Part shown: piece by piece, positions 35,277-45,062 of the stretch | How positions within the stretch are numbered: position 1 is the first letter of the stretch | Layout: every line of letters starts with the position of its first letter | NCBI GenBank assembly: GCA_003345595.1 | Contig: PRDI01000096.1 | Span: forward strand, 1 to 45,062 | Direction: 5' to 3' | Source: Candidatus Thorarchaeota archaeon | GTDB lineage: Archaea; Asgardarchaeota; Thorarchaeia; Thorarchaeales; Thorarchaeaceae | DNA length: 45,062 nucleotides | Program-made: the position numbers and the translations under genes | Notes under the pieces: model-generated | The model's database searches: none | What the model was told of the DNA's origin: nothing | What the model saw: the letters and a program-made list of their open reading frames with translations, nothing else

Positions 35277-36147
35277 GACTCTTGCCGACCTTCATCTGCA
35301 CTCCAAGGTGTCGGACGGAATCCAAGCACCAGGCCGCCTTGTTGCGATGGCCGCATCTATGGACCTTGGAGGCATCGCTCTTACCGACCATGACACCTTA
35401 GACGGTCTTCCAGAATTCATGACAGCTGATGGACCCGCGTGGCTAGTTCGAGTGCCCGGCGTTGAGATAAGTACCTACTACAGGGGAAGAGAAACCCACA
35501 TTCTTGGCTATTTCGTGCCAGAGCATGCCAAGAATCTCAAGAAACAACTGTTGTATCTCGAAGAGTCAAGAAAGAAACGATTCCCAAAGATGCTGCGGAA
35601 GCTGAATGACCTCGGTATCACAATAGCTCAAGATGATATCGAGCCAGTCTTGCGTGGAGTCAAGGCACCCGGACGCCCTCATCTTGCACGAGTTCTTGTA
35701 ATGAAGGGAATAGTGAAAGACTATGCCGAGGCGTTCGACACCTATCTTGGAGAGGGAAAACCTGCATACGTGCAGAGGGACATGATGGACACCAAAGAAG
35801 CAATTGCGCTTCTTCGTCACGAGAGCGCAGTGCCGGTCCTAGCTCATCCTCTTACGATGGGCATAGACAACTTAAGAGGAGTGCTTACAGACCTGCGCGA
35901 AGCCGGGCTTCAGGGTGTTGAGGTGAAGTATATTTACGACCACGTCCACATCTCCTCAAATGGGGAACAAGTTCAGGAGGCAGCTCGTGGACTCCAACTC
36001 ATTGAAACTGGTGGCAGTGACCATCACGGCGATGACTCACGATGCATCCTTGGAGAGGTCACGGTTCCTCTAGAAATCGTCGATGCTCTGAAACAGGCAT
36101 CTGAAGACCTTGGTGGAGAGCCAGCTCACGCTTGGGCCCGTGCGTGA
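35266..36147 (+). CDS. PHP-domain phosphoesterase/nuclease (YciV/TrpH-like); start codon uncertain
   Basis: DLHLHSKVSDG, ALTDHD, GVEIS, HILGY, GRPHLA, VLAHP, GGSDHHG. Confidence 0.9.
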   Translation, partial: TNVRTLADLHLHSKVSDGIQAPGRLVAMAASMDLGGIALTDHDTLDGLPEFMTADGPAWLVRVPGVEISTYYRGRETHILGYFVPEHAKNLKKQLLYLEESRKKRFPKMLRKLNDLGITIAQDDIEPVLRGVKAPGRPHLARVLVMKGIVKDYAEAFDTYLGEGKPAYVQRDMMDTKEAIALLRHESAVPVLAHPLTMGIDNLRGVLTDLREAGLQGVEVKYIYDHVHISSNGEQVQEAARGLQLIETGGSDHHGDDSRCILGEVTVPLEIVDALKQASEDLGGEPAHAWARA

Positions 36148-36257
36148 GATGAGCGCGTTCCCAAACACCCGACTGGTCTGACATGCAAGGTGCATCTGCC
36201 GCTTACGCGGAAGTGATATCAGAAGGCAACTCCTTCTCAGACCGTAGTGATCTCATC

Positions 36258-37157
36258 TTGAGAGTGATTGACGCGCATGTACACACGTGGACCCATGATA
36301 TGCTCAGTGAGAAGGATATTGAGGCCCGTCGCATTGCGGCTTCAAAGGCAGGGATTCCGCCTCAGCTGGATGCGCCCATCAGCAAGCTGAAGGAAGCCAT
36401 GAAGTCTGCAGGTATTGAGAGAGCGGTTATACTTCCTATTGACAGCGGGCTCAATCAGAAGATGCCTCTGTCACTCAGAGAGAAGACAAACTGGCACGCA
36501 GACGAGATTCGCGGTGACAAATCATTGATCACATTTGTTGGACTTGATCCGAGAAGAGGCGAGGAAGGGCTGGCAGAGCTTGAGAGGGCTGTCAAAGACA
36601 AGGGATGTCGGGGCTTGAAGATGTACCCGCCGAACGGTTTCTACCCTGACGAGAAACGCTTCTATCCGTACTACAAGTTGTGCACGGATCTCAATATTCC
36701 TGTAGTGATACATCAGGGCTTCACGTCTAGGTTCAAGCATGTCAAGTACGCTAGGCCCGTCTACGTCGACAAGGTAGCTGCGGACTTCCCGGACTTGAAG
36801 ATAGTGCTTGCTCATGTGGGCATTCCTTGGGTAGATGAGGCATTGATGGTTTCATCCAAGAACCCAAACGTATCAGTAGACGTTTCAGGATGGCAGGCTG
36901 CGGCGTCTACTGTGCCCATGAAGGTGTACCAGATGGTCGCAGATGCAAAGTTCGTTCGCGTATTCCCAAACAGAATGCTATGGGCGAGTGACTTCCCATT
37001 GTTCGAGTATGCGATGCCTATTGGAGAGTGGGTGAGGTTCTTCTCAAAGATGAGATTGCCGAGCACACTCATTGACCTTGGCTACTCTCAGATCACAGAT
37101 AGCGAGCTTGATCTTTGCATGTGGAAAAACGCATCACACATTTTCTTCGGTGAATGA
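36258..37157 (+). CDS. Amidohydrolase 2 family protein
   Basis: IDAHVH, GLKMYP, PVVIHQG, VLAHVG, WASDFP. TTG 36258 is the likely start. Confidence 0.9.
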   Translation: MRVIDAHVHTWTHDMLSEKDIEARRIAASKAGIPPQLDAPISKLKEAMKSAGIERAVILPIDSGLNQKMPLSLREKTNWHADEIRGDKSLITFVGLDPRRGEEGLAELERAVKDKGCRGLKMYPPNGFYPDEKRFYPYYKLCTDLNIPVVIHQGFTSRFKHVKYARPVYVDKVAADFPDLKIVLAHVGIPWVDEALMVSSKNPNVSVDVSGWQAAASTVPMKVYQMVADAKFVRVFPNRMLWASDFPLFEYAMPIGEWVRFFSKMRLPSTLIDLGYSQITDSELDLCMWKNASHIFFGE

Positions 37158-37699
37158 TGATGACGACCTTTGTCGTTGACACGATGCTCGGTAAGATATG
37201 CCGATGGCTTAGACTTCTAGGCTATGACACAGCATACTCGACGAAGAATGATGACAACCTGCTTCTACAGATAGCTGAAACAGAAGGCAGGGTCCTCCTG
37301 ACGTCGGACGCTGAGCTCCACAGGAGGGCTGAGGGCAAAGGCATACCTTCCGTACTACTGAGGGGAGAAGTCGACGAAGAGATAGCAGCCTTGTTCAACA
37401 GGTTTTCCATAGACCCCAGAATAGACCCTGCAAGATCGCGCTGTTCGAAATGCAACGGGCACCTCACGGAGATAAGTGAGGCGGAGAAAGAACAGATTAG
37501 GGGGCGAGTCTTCGAACAGACATACAACCACTATGATAGGTTCTGGTTGTGTACAGACTGCAGCAGCGTGTTCTTCCAAGGTGGACACTGGAAGAACATC
37601 AACCGTTACATGGAACACATACGCTCATTGATGGAACCCACTCAGACCCCTGTAGGACCTACTCATGACCACCGGGAGACTCGCCCTCGATCACCTTGA
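37154..37699 (+). CDS. Mut7-C RNase domain protein (PIN + zinc ribbon)
   Basis: FVVDTMLGKICRWLRLLGYD, GRVLLTSD, SRCSKCNG, CTDC...GGHW. Confidence 0.92.
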   Translation: MMMTTFVVDTMLGKICRWLRLLGYDTAYSTKNDDNLLLQIAETEGRVLLTSDAELHRRAEGKGIPSVLLRGEVDEEIAALFNRFSIDPRIDPARSRCSKCNGHLTEISEAEKEQIRGRVFEQTYNHYDRFWLCTDCSSVFFQGGHWKNINRYMEHIRSLMEPTQTPVGPTHDHRETRPRSP

Positions 37700-38132
37700 T
37701 GTCATATTCGACAGGTATGCATTCCTTCAAGGAGCGACTAAGATGGCAGTATTCCTTCATGAGAGAAACGCAGCGCTCGGCAGCATCAAAATCACCTTCG
37801 CCTACGGTGACCTGACCCGAAACCTTGATGCCCGTGATGCTATAGCCCTGACCATCAAACCGGGAAGTCGCCGTTCCCTGAAGCCGTAAAGAAAGCAATA
37901 CGAGCTCGTATCGTCGCTGGAAGTCTAGGAACGTGTTGTTTAGGCAGCCCAAAACTGCAGATACGAAGAGCTCATCGGGGCATATGCCATTACCCCGACC
38001 ACCGTAACTCTGCGGAGTGTCAAATGCCACCTTTGTAGCCTCTCCAACTAACACTGTGCCGCCAGTTTCACCGTCCCAGACTGTTTCTGCATTATACTCC
38101 GCAACTTCTGGATAGCGTGACTTAATTCTCAT
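37659..38132 (-). CDS. OsmC/Ohr family protein
   Basis: TPQSYGG, CPDELFVSAVLGC, YCHLSRSL. Confidence 0.88.
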   Translation of the reverse strand: MRIKSRYPEVAEYNAETVWDGETGGTVLVGEATKVAFDTPQSYGGRGNGICPDELFVSAVLGCLNNTFLDFQRRYELVLLSLRLQGTATSRFDGQGYSITGIKVSGQVTVGEGDFDAAERCVSLMKEYCHLSRSLKECIPVEYDIKVIEGESPGGHE

Positions 38133-38362
38133 GCTGAGCCCTGATGTGTCTGGACTCTGAAGTGGTTCATTAAGTGTTCCGTTGTGGCTCGATGGAATCT
38201 AGGCCAGAAAGGGGGACTCTGAGTCAGTCGCATCACACCCCAGCTGCACCAGACTCAAATGTGATGGCTGCTATCGGAGCATAACAGAAACATGCATGAT
38301 GTGCTCATGCAGAACAAGAACGAAACACAATCTGGTGGCATCACCTATCGAGGAGAGTCCAG

Positions 38363-38881
38363 TTGGTGACTTCTGAAAGGGACGTTATCGAGAAAAGAAG
38401 GAATATACAGGCCCTCAAGAACGAGAAATTACGAGCCCAAAGGAAAGTTACTCAGCAGATGAGAATGGGACTTGCTGATGACGAGAAGGAATTGGTTGCC
38501 GTCATAGGACAGCTTGGAAATCACTATGACGGCCTAATAGTTGTTGTCGAAGGAAGAAGTGACGAGAAGGTTCTGCGAGCACTCGGACTCAACATGCCCA
38601 TAGTGAAGACACAATCGAGGCTCGGCAGACCAGAACTGATCGACAAGATTGCAGATCTTGCGGGCAATAAGGGGCAGGTCTTGGTATTGACCGATTTCGA
38701 TCCAGAGGGGAGAGAACTGTCAAGGTATCTGCAGAGAGAACTTGAAGCCCACAGAATCAAGGTGCTGCGCGAACTGCGACGCAGGATCAGCCATCTGATG
38801 GGGGGCCGGCGATGCGTCGAGGACCTTACGGTCCTATTCAAGAAAGAAGATGTGCATGGGATGGCAGGTTTGGACACTTGA
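38363..38881 (+). CDS. Stand-alone Toprim domain protein (RNase M5/small primase-like)
   Basis: VVVEGRSD and VLVLTDFDPEG. Confidence 0.88.
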   Translation: MVTSERDVIEKRRNIQALKNEKLRAQRKVTQQMRMGLADDEKELVAVIGQLGNHYDGLIVVVEGRSDEKVLRALGLNMPIVKTQSRLGRPELIDKIADLAGNKGQVLVLTDFDPEGRELSRYLQRELEAHRIKVLRELRRRISHLMGGRRCVEDLTVLFKKEDVHGMAGLDT

Positions 38882-38958
38882 GGCCAGACTGTTGCCAGAA
38901 ACGTCTTCCCAGAGAGTCGATAGGGCATCTACTCTTGACATCAGTTCAGTTCGTTCTA

Positions 38959-39990
38959 TTAGACCGTGCTGCCGCAGTTCGGGCAGATGAACTTGCCAGC
39001 CGGGATCTCGTGACCGCAGACTCTGCAAGTGCGCGCCTTCTGCAGTCTGATGCTGTCAACAACGCGACCCTTCTGGGGTACAAGTATGAATCGGCCTTCC
39101 TCATAGCTGATTCTGAACTCGGAGGGGTTTCCCGCTAGCTGAAGGAGATCAAATGGCATCGGCAGTCGCAGGTTGTTGTCTAGTCGCACAATCCTGGTAT
39201 TATCAAGCATATCGAGGTCAATGCCTTCACGGTGGAACCCAGAGATGATACCATCGCGGATTTCGACGGTGATGTCTGCCTTGGACGCCACCTGCTGGCT
39301 ATGAGTCACTATGAAGAATGATGTACCGAGCGTTTCATTCAGCTCCTGAAAGAGATCCAGGATACGCTCGGCCGTTTCGGGGTCTAGATCGCCTGTGGGC
39401 TCATCACACAGCACCAAGCCCTTGCCCTGCGTGTCGATAAGGTTCACGAGAGCACTTGCAATGGCTACCCTTGCGCGCTCTCCTCCACTAAGCGTTGTCG
39501 CCTTGCTGCGCTTGCGCTCCTCGAGACCCACCAGCTTCATCAGCCTGTCGACCCGTTCCTGACGCACTTGCCGGGGCACTCCGGATATGCGAGCAGCAAG
39601 CTCAACATTCTGCTCTGCGTTCAAGTGAGGGAGCAGATTGTTGATCTGGAAAACGAAACCGATGAAGCTGCGTCTGGCCTCGGTCAGGACCCTTTCGCTA
39701 AGCTTCGTGATGTCAGACCGAAGATTCGCCCAGTAGACCTTGCCTACTGTTGCCTTCGTGATACCGCCTATGACATTCGTGAGAGTTGTCTTGCCTGAAC
39801 CGCTAGGACCAACAACACACATTATCTTGCCTTCCAGAATCTGAAGTGAAACGCCGCTGAGAGCTACGACCTCAAGCTCATTGGTCTTGTAAATCTTGTA
39901 GCAGTTCTCAACACTGACCACTACGTCCTCTGGGTATTGGCTGAAGAGGTCGAGTTGCTCGGCGCTCGTCATAGTCGTCATGGCAGGCAC
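38959..39990 (-). CDS. ABC ATP-binding subunit (LolD/MacB type) with C-terminal AbrB-like domain and zinc ribbon
   Basis: GPSGSGKTT, IGFVFQ, LSGGE, LCDEPTGDLD, IVTH. Tail RLDNNLRLPMP...FILVP and CRVC...CPNC. Confidence 0.92.
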   Translation of the reverse strand: MPAMTTMTSAEQLDLFSQYPEDVVVSVENCYKIYKTNELEVVALSGVSLQILEGKIMCVVGPSGSGKTTLTNVIGGITKATVGKVYWANLRSDITKLSERVLTEARRSFIGFVFQINNLLPHLNAEQNVELAARISGVPRQVRQERVDRLMKLVGLEERKRSKATTLSGGERARVAIASALVNLIDTQGKGLVLCDEPTGDLDPETAERILDLFQELNETLGTSFFIVTHSQQVASKADITVEIRDGIISGFHREGIDLDMLDNTRIVRLDNNLRLPMPFDLLQLAGNPSEFRISYEEGRFILVPQKGRVVDSIRLQKARTCRVCGHEIPAGKFICPNCGSTV

Positions 39991-40065
39991 GCTACCCCTC
40001 GCCCCTCTGGTGGCTCTGATAAGTCTATTGAGCTATGCATGAAATGTAGTCTCCGTTTTCATACC

Positions 40066-42966
40066 TCACAGGTTTCTTAGAACCACTGCAGGATTCACTG
40101 CTCCAGCTTTGAGAGCCGGAATATAGCAGCTCGCAAGCATCGCGAAAGCGTCAACTGACATGACCAGTAGCATCACTGTGAATGGAAATGCCAATATCTC
40201 CCCCAGTGCCGGTGAGAAAGGTGCGATTCCGAAGGTCAGGAGGCTCATGGAGTATCCGAACGCGGCACCCAGAGCCAGACTGATGCACATGGCAGCAATC
40301 ACCGAGCCGGCAAACTCACCGAAGACCATCGACAGCACCTGTTTCTTTGTCCCACCAAGGGCTCTGAAGACAGCGTACTCCCAATCGCGTTCCTTCACAG
40401 CCGAACCCAAGAAGAGGCCTATGGCTGAGAGCCCCATCCCGCCACAAAGTACGAAAGATATCACCGTCAGACCCTGAATTCCAGAGAGGAACAGGTGAAC
40501 GGAGTAGGAAGTCGCAGTGTCGAATGTTTCAGGCGAGTAGACAAACACATTTCTCTCCGAATCGAGAGTCTGCTGAACCAGAGTCATATCGCTGAAGCAT
40601 GCAGTGTCAACGAGAAACAGGTCCGAAGTGTGGTAGTAGGTCAGTGATGACAAGAGATTGAGGTTTACAAAAGCAAACCCACCTTGGCCTACCTGAAAAC
40701 CAAACTGTGATGCGAATGATGCTGCTTGTAGGTCATACGTAGCAGCTACTCCGAAACCAGGAGCACTTCGCATAATCCCGACAATCTCAAATGATGCGAT
40801 TCTTGTCGCATTGATGGTGCCAAAATAGACAGCAATGGTGTCTCCCACGGTTTCATTCCAGAGTCTGGAGTAGTACTCACTCAATATGATTCCATCTTCC
40901 CTGGCGCCGAGTGCAGAGAGCACAGACTGGGCATCGCCAGTGATGAACGAATCGGGTGAGAAGTATCCAATGCGTGCGTAGTTCGCCGCATCGATGCCCT
41001 CCAAGAAGAATGGAAACGCGCCGACTTGAGCCCATGTTTCCAGCACGGGAGTGACGGAAGTCACGCCCGGGAAGTCCATTAGGGTGCGGTTGTAACTGAG
41101 AGGCCTCTGATCACACTCTATTCGGAGGTCACATCCGATCGAGTATCTCAGTTCGTTGTCGAGCGTGGCTTCAAAGCTACCCGCTTGAATCAACATCATC
41201 GTGGTTGTGGTTAACGTCAGTGTGAGGATCACCAGCAGAGGGATGAACTGCCCCTTTCTTCTTCTGAGGCTTTGGCTCAAGTATAGGCTCTTTTCACCAA
41301 GTAGGAAGGCAGTGCTGCCAGACAGCCTTCCGGTAGCCAGACGCATTGCCCTCGAACCAAGATATGAGGCTATGAAGAGCATCATGGTGGCGCCTAGTAT
41401 CTCAAGTACGGCAATGCTCCCTCTTGGGGCTATGATCAATGGCATCAGAAGGAGTATAACAAGCACTGTTGTCAAGCCTAGGACGTAACGCCATATGCCT
41501 GTCTGTTCGGCTTCCTCTGAAGGCTGCCCCACAGTAGGTTGCCCTACTTCAGACACATCAATCCGGCGGGCAACGTGCAGCAGGTATGCGGCGGGCAGAT
41601 ATAGCGCTATCGCGGCTGCAATTGCGAGGGCGACAGGGGATATCGTCACTCTGTTGAGGAACCTCAGATATTCATTGGGGTCGAACATGAATAGACCGAC
41701 CGATGAACCCATGAGGGGAGCCATCAAGACTGAGAAGACCAGCCCTGTGCCAAGCCCTAGTAGCGAGAGAAGCAGAGATTCCCACATGAATGTCGCAAAG
41801 ACTTGATTGAAGGAGGCTCCCTTCGATCTGAGGGCACTTATCTCGCCCTTACGACGCGCAATGGAAGTCTCAGATGTGAAGACGCTGAGCATTAGACTCA
41901 TGATGAGGACTGGAAACGCAATCACAGTGAGAACCTGACTCTGAAGGTAGGTCTTGATGCGCGCGTCCATGCTCCAAATCTCCTCAAGGCCGTTGACAGA
42001 CACCCTCGTGTACGCGCCCTCAATCTGAGTCTTGAGCGCAAGCAGGTTGTTCCCGATCTCTTCGGGGCCGAGTGCGAGGAGCGCATCCTCAGAGGCTCTC
42101 AACAGGCACACCGGGGAAAAGAAGGACCGAGTTTCCACGTCGGCTGCTACGTCCTCACTCACTTCGGACCGCAGTATCATCACTGAGTCGTTAATACCGA
42201 GTACCGGATCTTCTGTCAGGCTCATAGGGTCCCAGTTCTTCCGGCTCATGGATGGAAATGACTGGCTGATCAGCGTGGTGAGTGAACGGACTTGATAGAC
42301 GCCTGCAACCGTGAAACCATGCATGGCAACCCGTCCCCATGCAAAGGGGTTTCCCCTGCTATTTCGCGCATTCTGTCCGAACAGATCGAAATCTATGACA
42401 CTGCCAACATCGATGTCGACACCGTGGACCTGACGGGCATAGCCGACAAACATGTCAGATACGAGCACTTGCCCTCCGCTCAGGGAGAAGTTCCCCCGAC
42501 AGTCGAACTCCTGGGACCAGTTGCCGAGCACCTCTTCAGTCACGAGGATGACACGCATGTCCTTTATCCCTAGAGCATAGTTGAGATCAATCGGCGAGTA
42601 CAAAGACCAGCTCGGAAAGAAATCCCCAGTCAGAATCCCCAAAGTGGAGGACACAAGATCAGACCATTCAGTAAGCTGGCTGGCATCAGCCATCTGCCTC
42701 GCCGCCAAGAGATCGGAGGATGATACGCTCTCTCCTATCTTAGGTTCAAGACTGAACTGGTATGGATTCGTTGCGAAATAGTCATCAACTACCAAGTACG
42801 TCCCAGTGGAAGTCCATACAAAGACCGTGGTCGGCAGGGCCACCCCTATTGCAAGGACCAATGCTATCCCGGCGTTGCGAACCGGGTAGTTCCGTAATGA
42901 GGTCAGCGCGTACCTTGCGGCCCACCATGCATTGCCGGAGTAGGTGTTGGGTCTTTCCTTCTTCAT
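40066..42966 (-). CDS. FtsX/MacB-type ABC permease (two FtsX domains)
   Basis: RRKGEISALRSKGAS and EYAVFRALGG motifs, TM clusters separated by two large extracytoplasmic domains. Confidence 0.9.
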   Translation of the reverse strand: MKKERPNTYSGNAWWAARYALTSLRNYPVRNAGIALVLAIGVALPTTVFVWTSTGTYLVVDDYFATNPYQFSLEPKIGESVSSSDLLAARQMADASQLTEWSDLVSSTLGILTGDFFPSWSLYSPIDLNYALGIKDMRVILVTEEVLGNWSQEFDCRGNFSLSGGQVLVSDMFVGYARQVHGVDIDVGSVIDFDLFGQNARNSRGNPFAWGRVAMHGFTVAGVYQVRSLTTLISQSFPSMSRKNWDPMSLTEDPVLGINDSVMILRSEVSEDVAADVETRSFFSPVCLLRASEDALLALGPEEIGNNLLALKTQIEGAYTRVSVNGLEEIWSMDARIKTYLQSQVLTVIAFPVLIMSLMLSVFTSETSIARRKGEISALRSKGASFNQVFATFMWESLLLSLLGLGTGLVFSVLMAPLMGSSVGLFMFDPNEYLRFLNRVTISPVALAIAAAIALYLPAAYLLHVARRIDVSEVGQPTVGQPSEEAEQTGIWRYVLGLTTVLVILLLMPLIIAPRGSIAVLEILGATMMLFIASYLGSRAMRLATGRLSGSTAFLLGEKSLYLSQSLRRRKGQFIPLLVILTLTLTTTTMMLIQAGSFEATLDNELRYSIGCDLRIECDQRPLSYNRTLMDFPGVTSVTPVLETWAQVGAFPFFLEGIDAANYARIGYFSPDSFITGDAQSVLSALGAREDGIILSEYYSRLWNETVGDTIAVYFGTINATRIASFEIVGIMRSAPGFGVAATYDLQAASFASQFGFQVGQGGFAFVNLNLLSSLTYYHTSDLFLVDTACFSDMTLVQQTLDSERNVFVYSPETFDTATSYSVHLFLSGIQGLTVISFVLCGGMGLSAIGLFLGSAVKERDWEYAVFRALGGTKKQVLSMVFGEFAGSVIAAMCISLALGAAFGYSMSLLTFGIAPFSPALGEILAFPFTVMLLVMSVDAFAMLASCYIPALKAGAVNPAVVLRNL

Positions 42967-42978
42967 TTCGTTCGCTCC

Positions 42979-45061
42979 TCACAGGTTCCTGAGGACAATC
43001 GCTGGGTCTGTCTTGGCAGCCTCACGTGCAGGCCAGTACGATCCTACAGTCATCGCCAGTATCTCGACAAGAAGTACAGCTGTAAGGAAACTCACTGGAA
43101 ACGTAATCACCGCCGGCAGAATCCGAGCGAATGGGCTCGCCGAGTAGACGAGGATGCTCATTACATAGCCAAACACAGAACCCAAGACCACGCTCAGTGC
43201 CACACACGCCAAAACAATCCCTGTGAATTCTGAGAATACAGTATTCACGACCTGCTTCTTAGAGCCCCCGACTGCACGAAGAATCGCGTAGTCACGCCTG
43301 CGCTCCCTAACCAATGAGCCCAAGAAGAGGGTAAGTGCAAATATGCTAAGGAGTAGTGACATCACAAACCCGATTGAGAAAAGACCCTCGACCACACTTA
43401 GGAAGAGGGCAGTCCCGAAAGAGTACTGCTTCAGCTCAAACTGCTCTGGTGTAGTCGCGGACACGCCGGGGATGTCTTGAATGGCTCTCAATAGAAAGCT
43501 CTGGTCTGTCACGCAGACGAGGTTTCCGAGGAACAACTCTGCTGTGGCTATGTCAGTCACTGACGATGTGAAGAGCAAGTTTGTGAAGCCAATGCCCGAA
43601 AGGCCCAACTGAAAACCAAATCCTGCGCCCAACCGCGAGCCCGGAATATAAGACTGCGCAGCATACCCGAATCCGGGCGCGCTGTAGACAAAACCTACAA
43701 CTGTTAGGTTTGTCAGGACTGGCGTCAGCCGCCCCCCAATCTGGAGAGTCAAAGTGTCACCGATTGTCTTGTTCCAACGGTCAGCATGATACCTGCTGAT
43801 GATGATGCCGTTGCTTGTTTGTGAGAGCCGTGATAGGATAGCGCTAGCCTGTTCTCCTCCAAAGCTGGTTTCATCGAAGTGCCCAATCAATGAATAGTCG
43901 GTCGCATCCAGCGCCACTATGGATATACTCTCACTCCCGAGACGACCCCAAGTACGCATAATTGGCATCACCCTGTTTACACCGGGAAAGTCATCAAGTG
44001 TGCCATTGAAGCTGAAGGGCTGTGCAGTGCATACGACCCGCAAGTCAGCACCTATCGCATAGTCGATTTCTCTATTCAGATCAGTGTAGAAGCTCTGCGC
44101 CTGCACTGTGAAGGCGACTGTGGATGATAGCGTCAGTGCCAAGACAACCATGAGAGGTATCGTCCGACCTTTGCGCATACGCAGATTGCCGGCTGCAATC
44201 AGATTCTTCTCACCCAGGAGGAATGATAGTTTGGCCGACAGCCGCGCAAAGCCTACTCTGAACATCCTTGATCCATTGTATGCCATAAAGAACCATGATG
44301 CAGTCCCAAGTCCCAGCTCAAGCATCAGCATTGTCGGATCTGCGGGCAGAAATATCGCGGCTGCGACCACCATTGCCAGAAGCACGATAGAACTGCCCAA
44401 TGTGAATCCGTACGCTTCGCCGTAGAGGTTGAGGGGTTCCGAGGTTTCCATCATGGTAGACCCAATCTCAGAGAGAGCTGCCTTTCGTGCTGAATTCAGA
44501 ATGAGCAGGAGGGGTGGTACAATGCAGATTAGAGTGGGGTAGGCAATAGCCTCGGACCTCAGAACAGTGTTCGACAAGTAGAATCCGTACAGGTTCCAGT
44601 CAAAGATCAGAAACGCCTTGGCTGCAGGAATCAGCGCGGCCAGCAGTATGCTCAGTGCAATGCCTATGATAAGACTCAGTGTCGCCATGATGACAGACTC
44701 TGTGATGAAGATGCCATAGACCTGGGAGGAATTAGCGCCTTTGGATCTCAGCGCACTCACCTCGGCGCCCCTGGCGGCCATGAAAGTATCAGCTGCAAAG
44801 ACTGAGAGAGACAGTGCAAGAATGAAGACTGGAAGATTGAGAAGAGTAAGAGGCATTGAAGCCATGTAAGTGTCGACCAGACTCTGCAAGTATGCTATCT
44901 CACCAAGACCCTCGCACTCCACATCGAACTGCTCATCCACTCTTGCCTTCAGCGTGAGCAGGTTCTCTGCTATCTTGTCTGGACCCGCTGCGATAAGGGC
45001 AGTGGAGGAGGACCTGACGAACGAATGCGCACCGAAGAAGCCGACCTCGGAAACTTGACCC
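42979..45061 (-). CDS. FtsX/MacB-type ABC permease, paralog of 40066-42966 (N-terminus beyond the window)
   Basis: The frame stays open to the window end. EVSALRSKGA, DYAILRAVGG; C-terminus DPAIVLRNL parallels NPAVVLRNL. Confidence 0.9.
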   Translation of the reverse strand, partial: GQVSEVGFFGAHSFVRSSSTALIAAGPDKIAENLLTLKARVDEQFDVECEGLGEIAYLQSLVDTYMASMPLTLLNLPVFILALSLSVFAADTFMAARGAEVSALRSKGANSSQVYGIFITESVIMATLSLIIGIALSILLAALIPAAKAFLIFDWNLYGFYLSNTVLRSEAIAYPTLICIVPPLLLILNSARKAALSEIGSTMMETSEPLNLYGEAYGFTLGSSIVLLAMVVAAAIFLPADPTMLMLELGLGTASWFFMAYNGSRMFRVGFARLSAKLSFLLGEKNLIAAGNLRMRKGRTIPLMVVLALTLSSTVAFTVQAQSFYTDLNREIDYAIGADLRVVCTAQPFSFNGTLDDFPGVNRVMPIMRTWGRLGSESISIVALDATDYSLIGHFDETSFGGEQASAILSRLSQTSNGIIISRYHADRWNKTIGDTLTLQIGGRLTPVLTNLTVVGFVYSAPGFGYAAQSYIPGSRLGAGFGFQLGLSGIGFTNLLFTSSVTDIATAELFLGNLVCVTDQSFLLRAIQDIPGVSATTPEQFELKQYSFGTALFLSVVEGLFSIGFVMSLLLSIFALTLFLGSLVRERRRDYAILRAVGGSKKQVVNTVFSEFTGIVLACVALSVVLGSVFGYVMSILVYSASPFARILPAVITFPVSFLTAVLLVEILAMTVGSYWPAREAAKTDPAIVLRNL

Positions 45062-45062
45062 A

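Overview
This window is a gene-dense archaeal chromosomal segment. Gene content and protein style suggest an Asgard archaeon, most likely Thorarchaeia; that assignment is an inference. From left to right it holds a nurA-herA-mre11 end-resection operon that runs off the left edge, a corrinoid methyl-transfer module (MtrH-like methyltransferase, RamA/RACE activator, B12 protein), and a degenerate MBL-fold gene followed by a cytosolic all-beta protein resembling the mu-homology domain of eukaryotic AP/COPI coat adaptors. Next come a helicase-arcS-RaSEA (archaeosine) operon, two thioredoxins, degenerate gamma-CA and M24 proteins, and two paralogous membrane-anchored proteins. Housekeeping genes follow (tpiA, FBP aldolase/phosphatase, uridine phosphorylase, ABCE1, parvulin, DUF89, PHP, amidohydrolase, Mut7-C, OsmC, Toprim), then a MacB/FtsX-type ABC system that runs off the right edge. 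The main hidden element is absent from the ORF track: two tandem, near-identical tRNA-Arg genes (CCG at 21732-21873, GCG at 22204-22345). Each is split into three exons by BHB-type introns at non-canonical D-loop (19/20) and T-loop (56/57) sites, has a duplicated promoter placed for (near-)leaderless transcription, and encodes an A1-C72 mismatch that hints at 5' tRNA repair or editing. Other notable points are four metal-site-degenerate pseudoenzymes, a Cys-to-Glu Fe-S ligand change in ABCE1, and an eL39-like protein with an acidic tail. I saw no CRISPR array, integrase or transposase.
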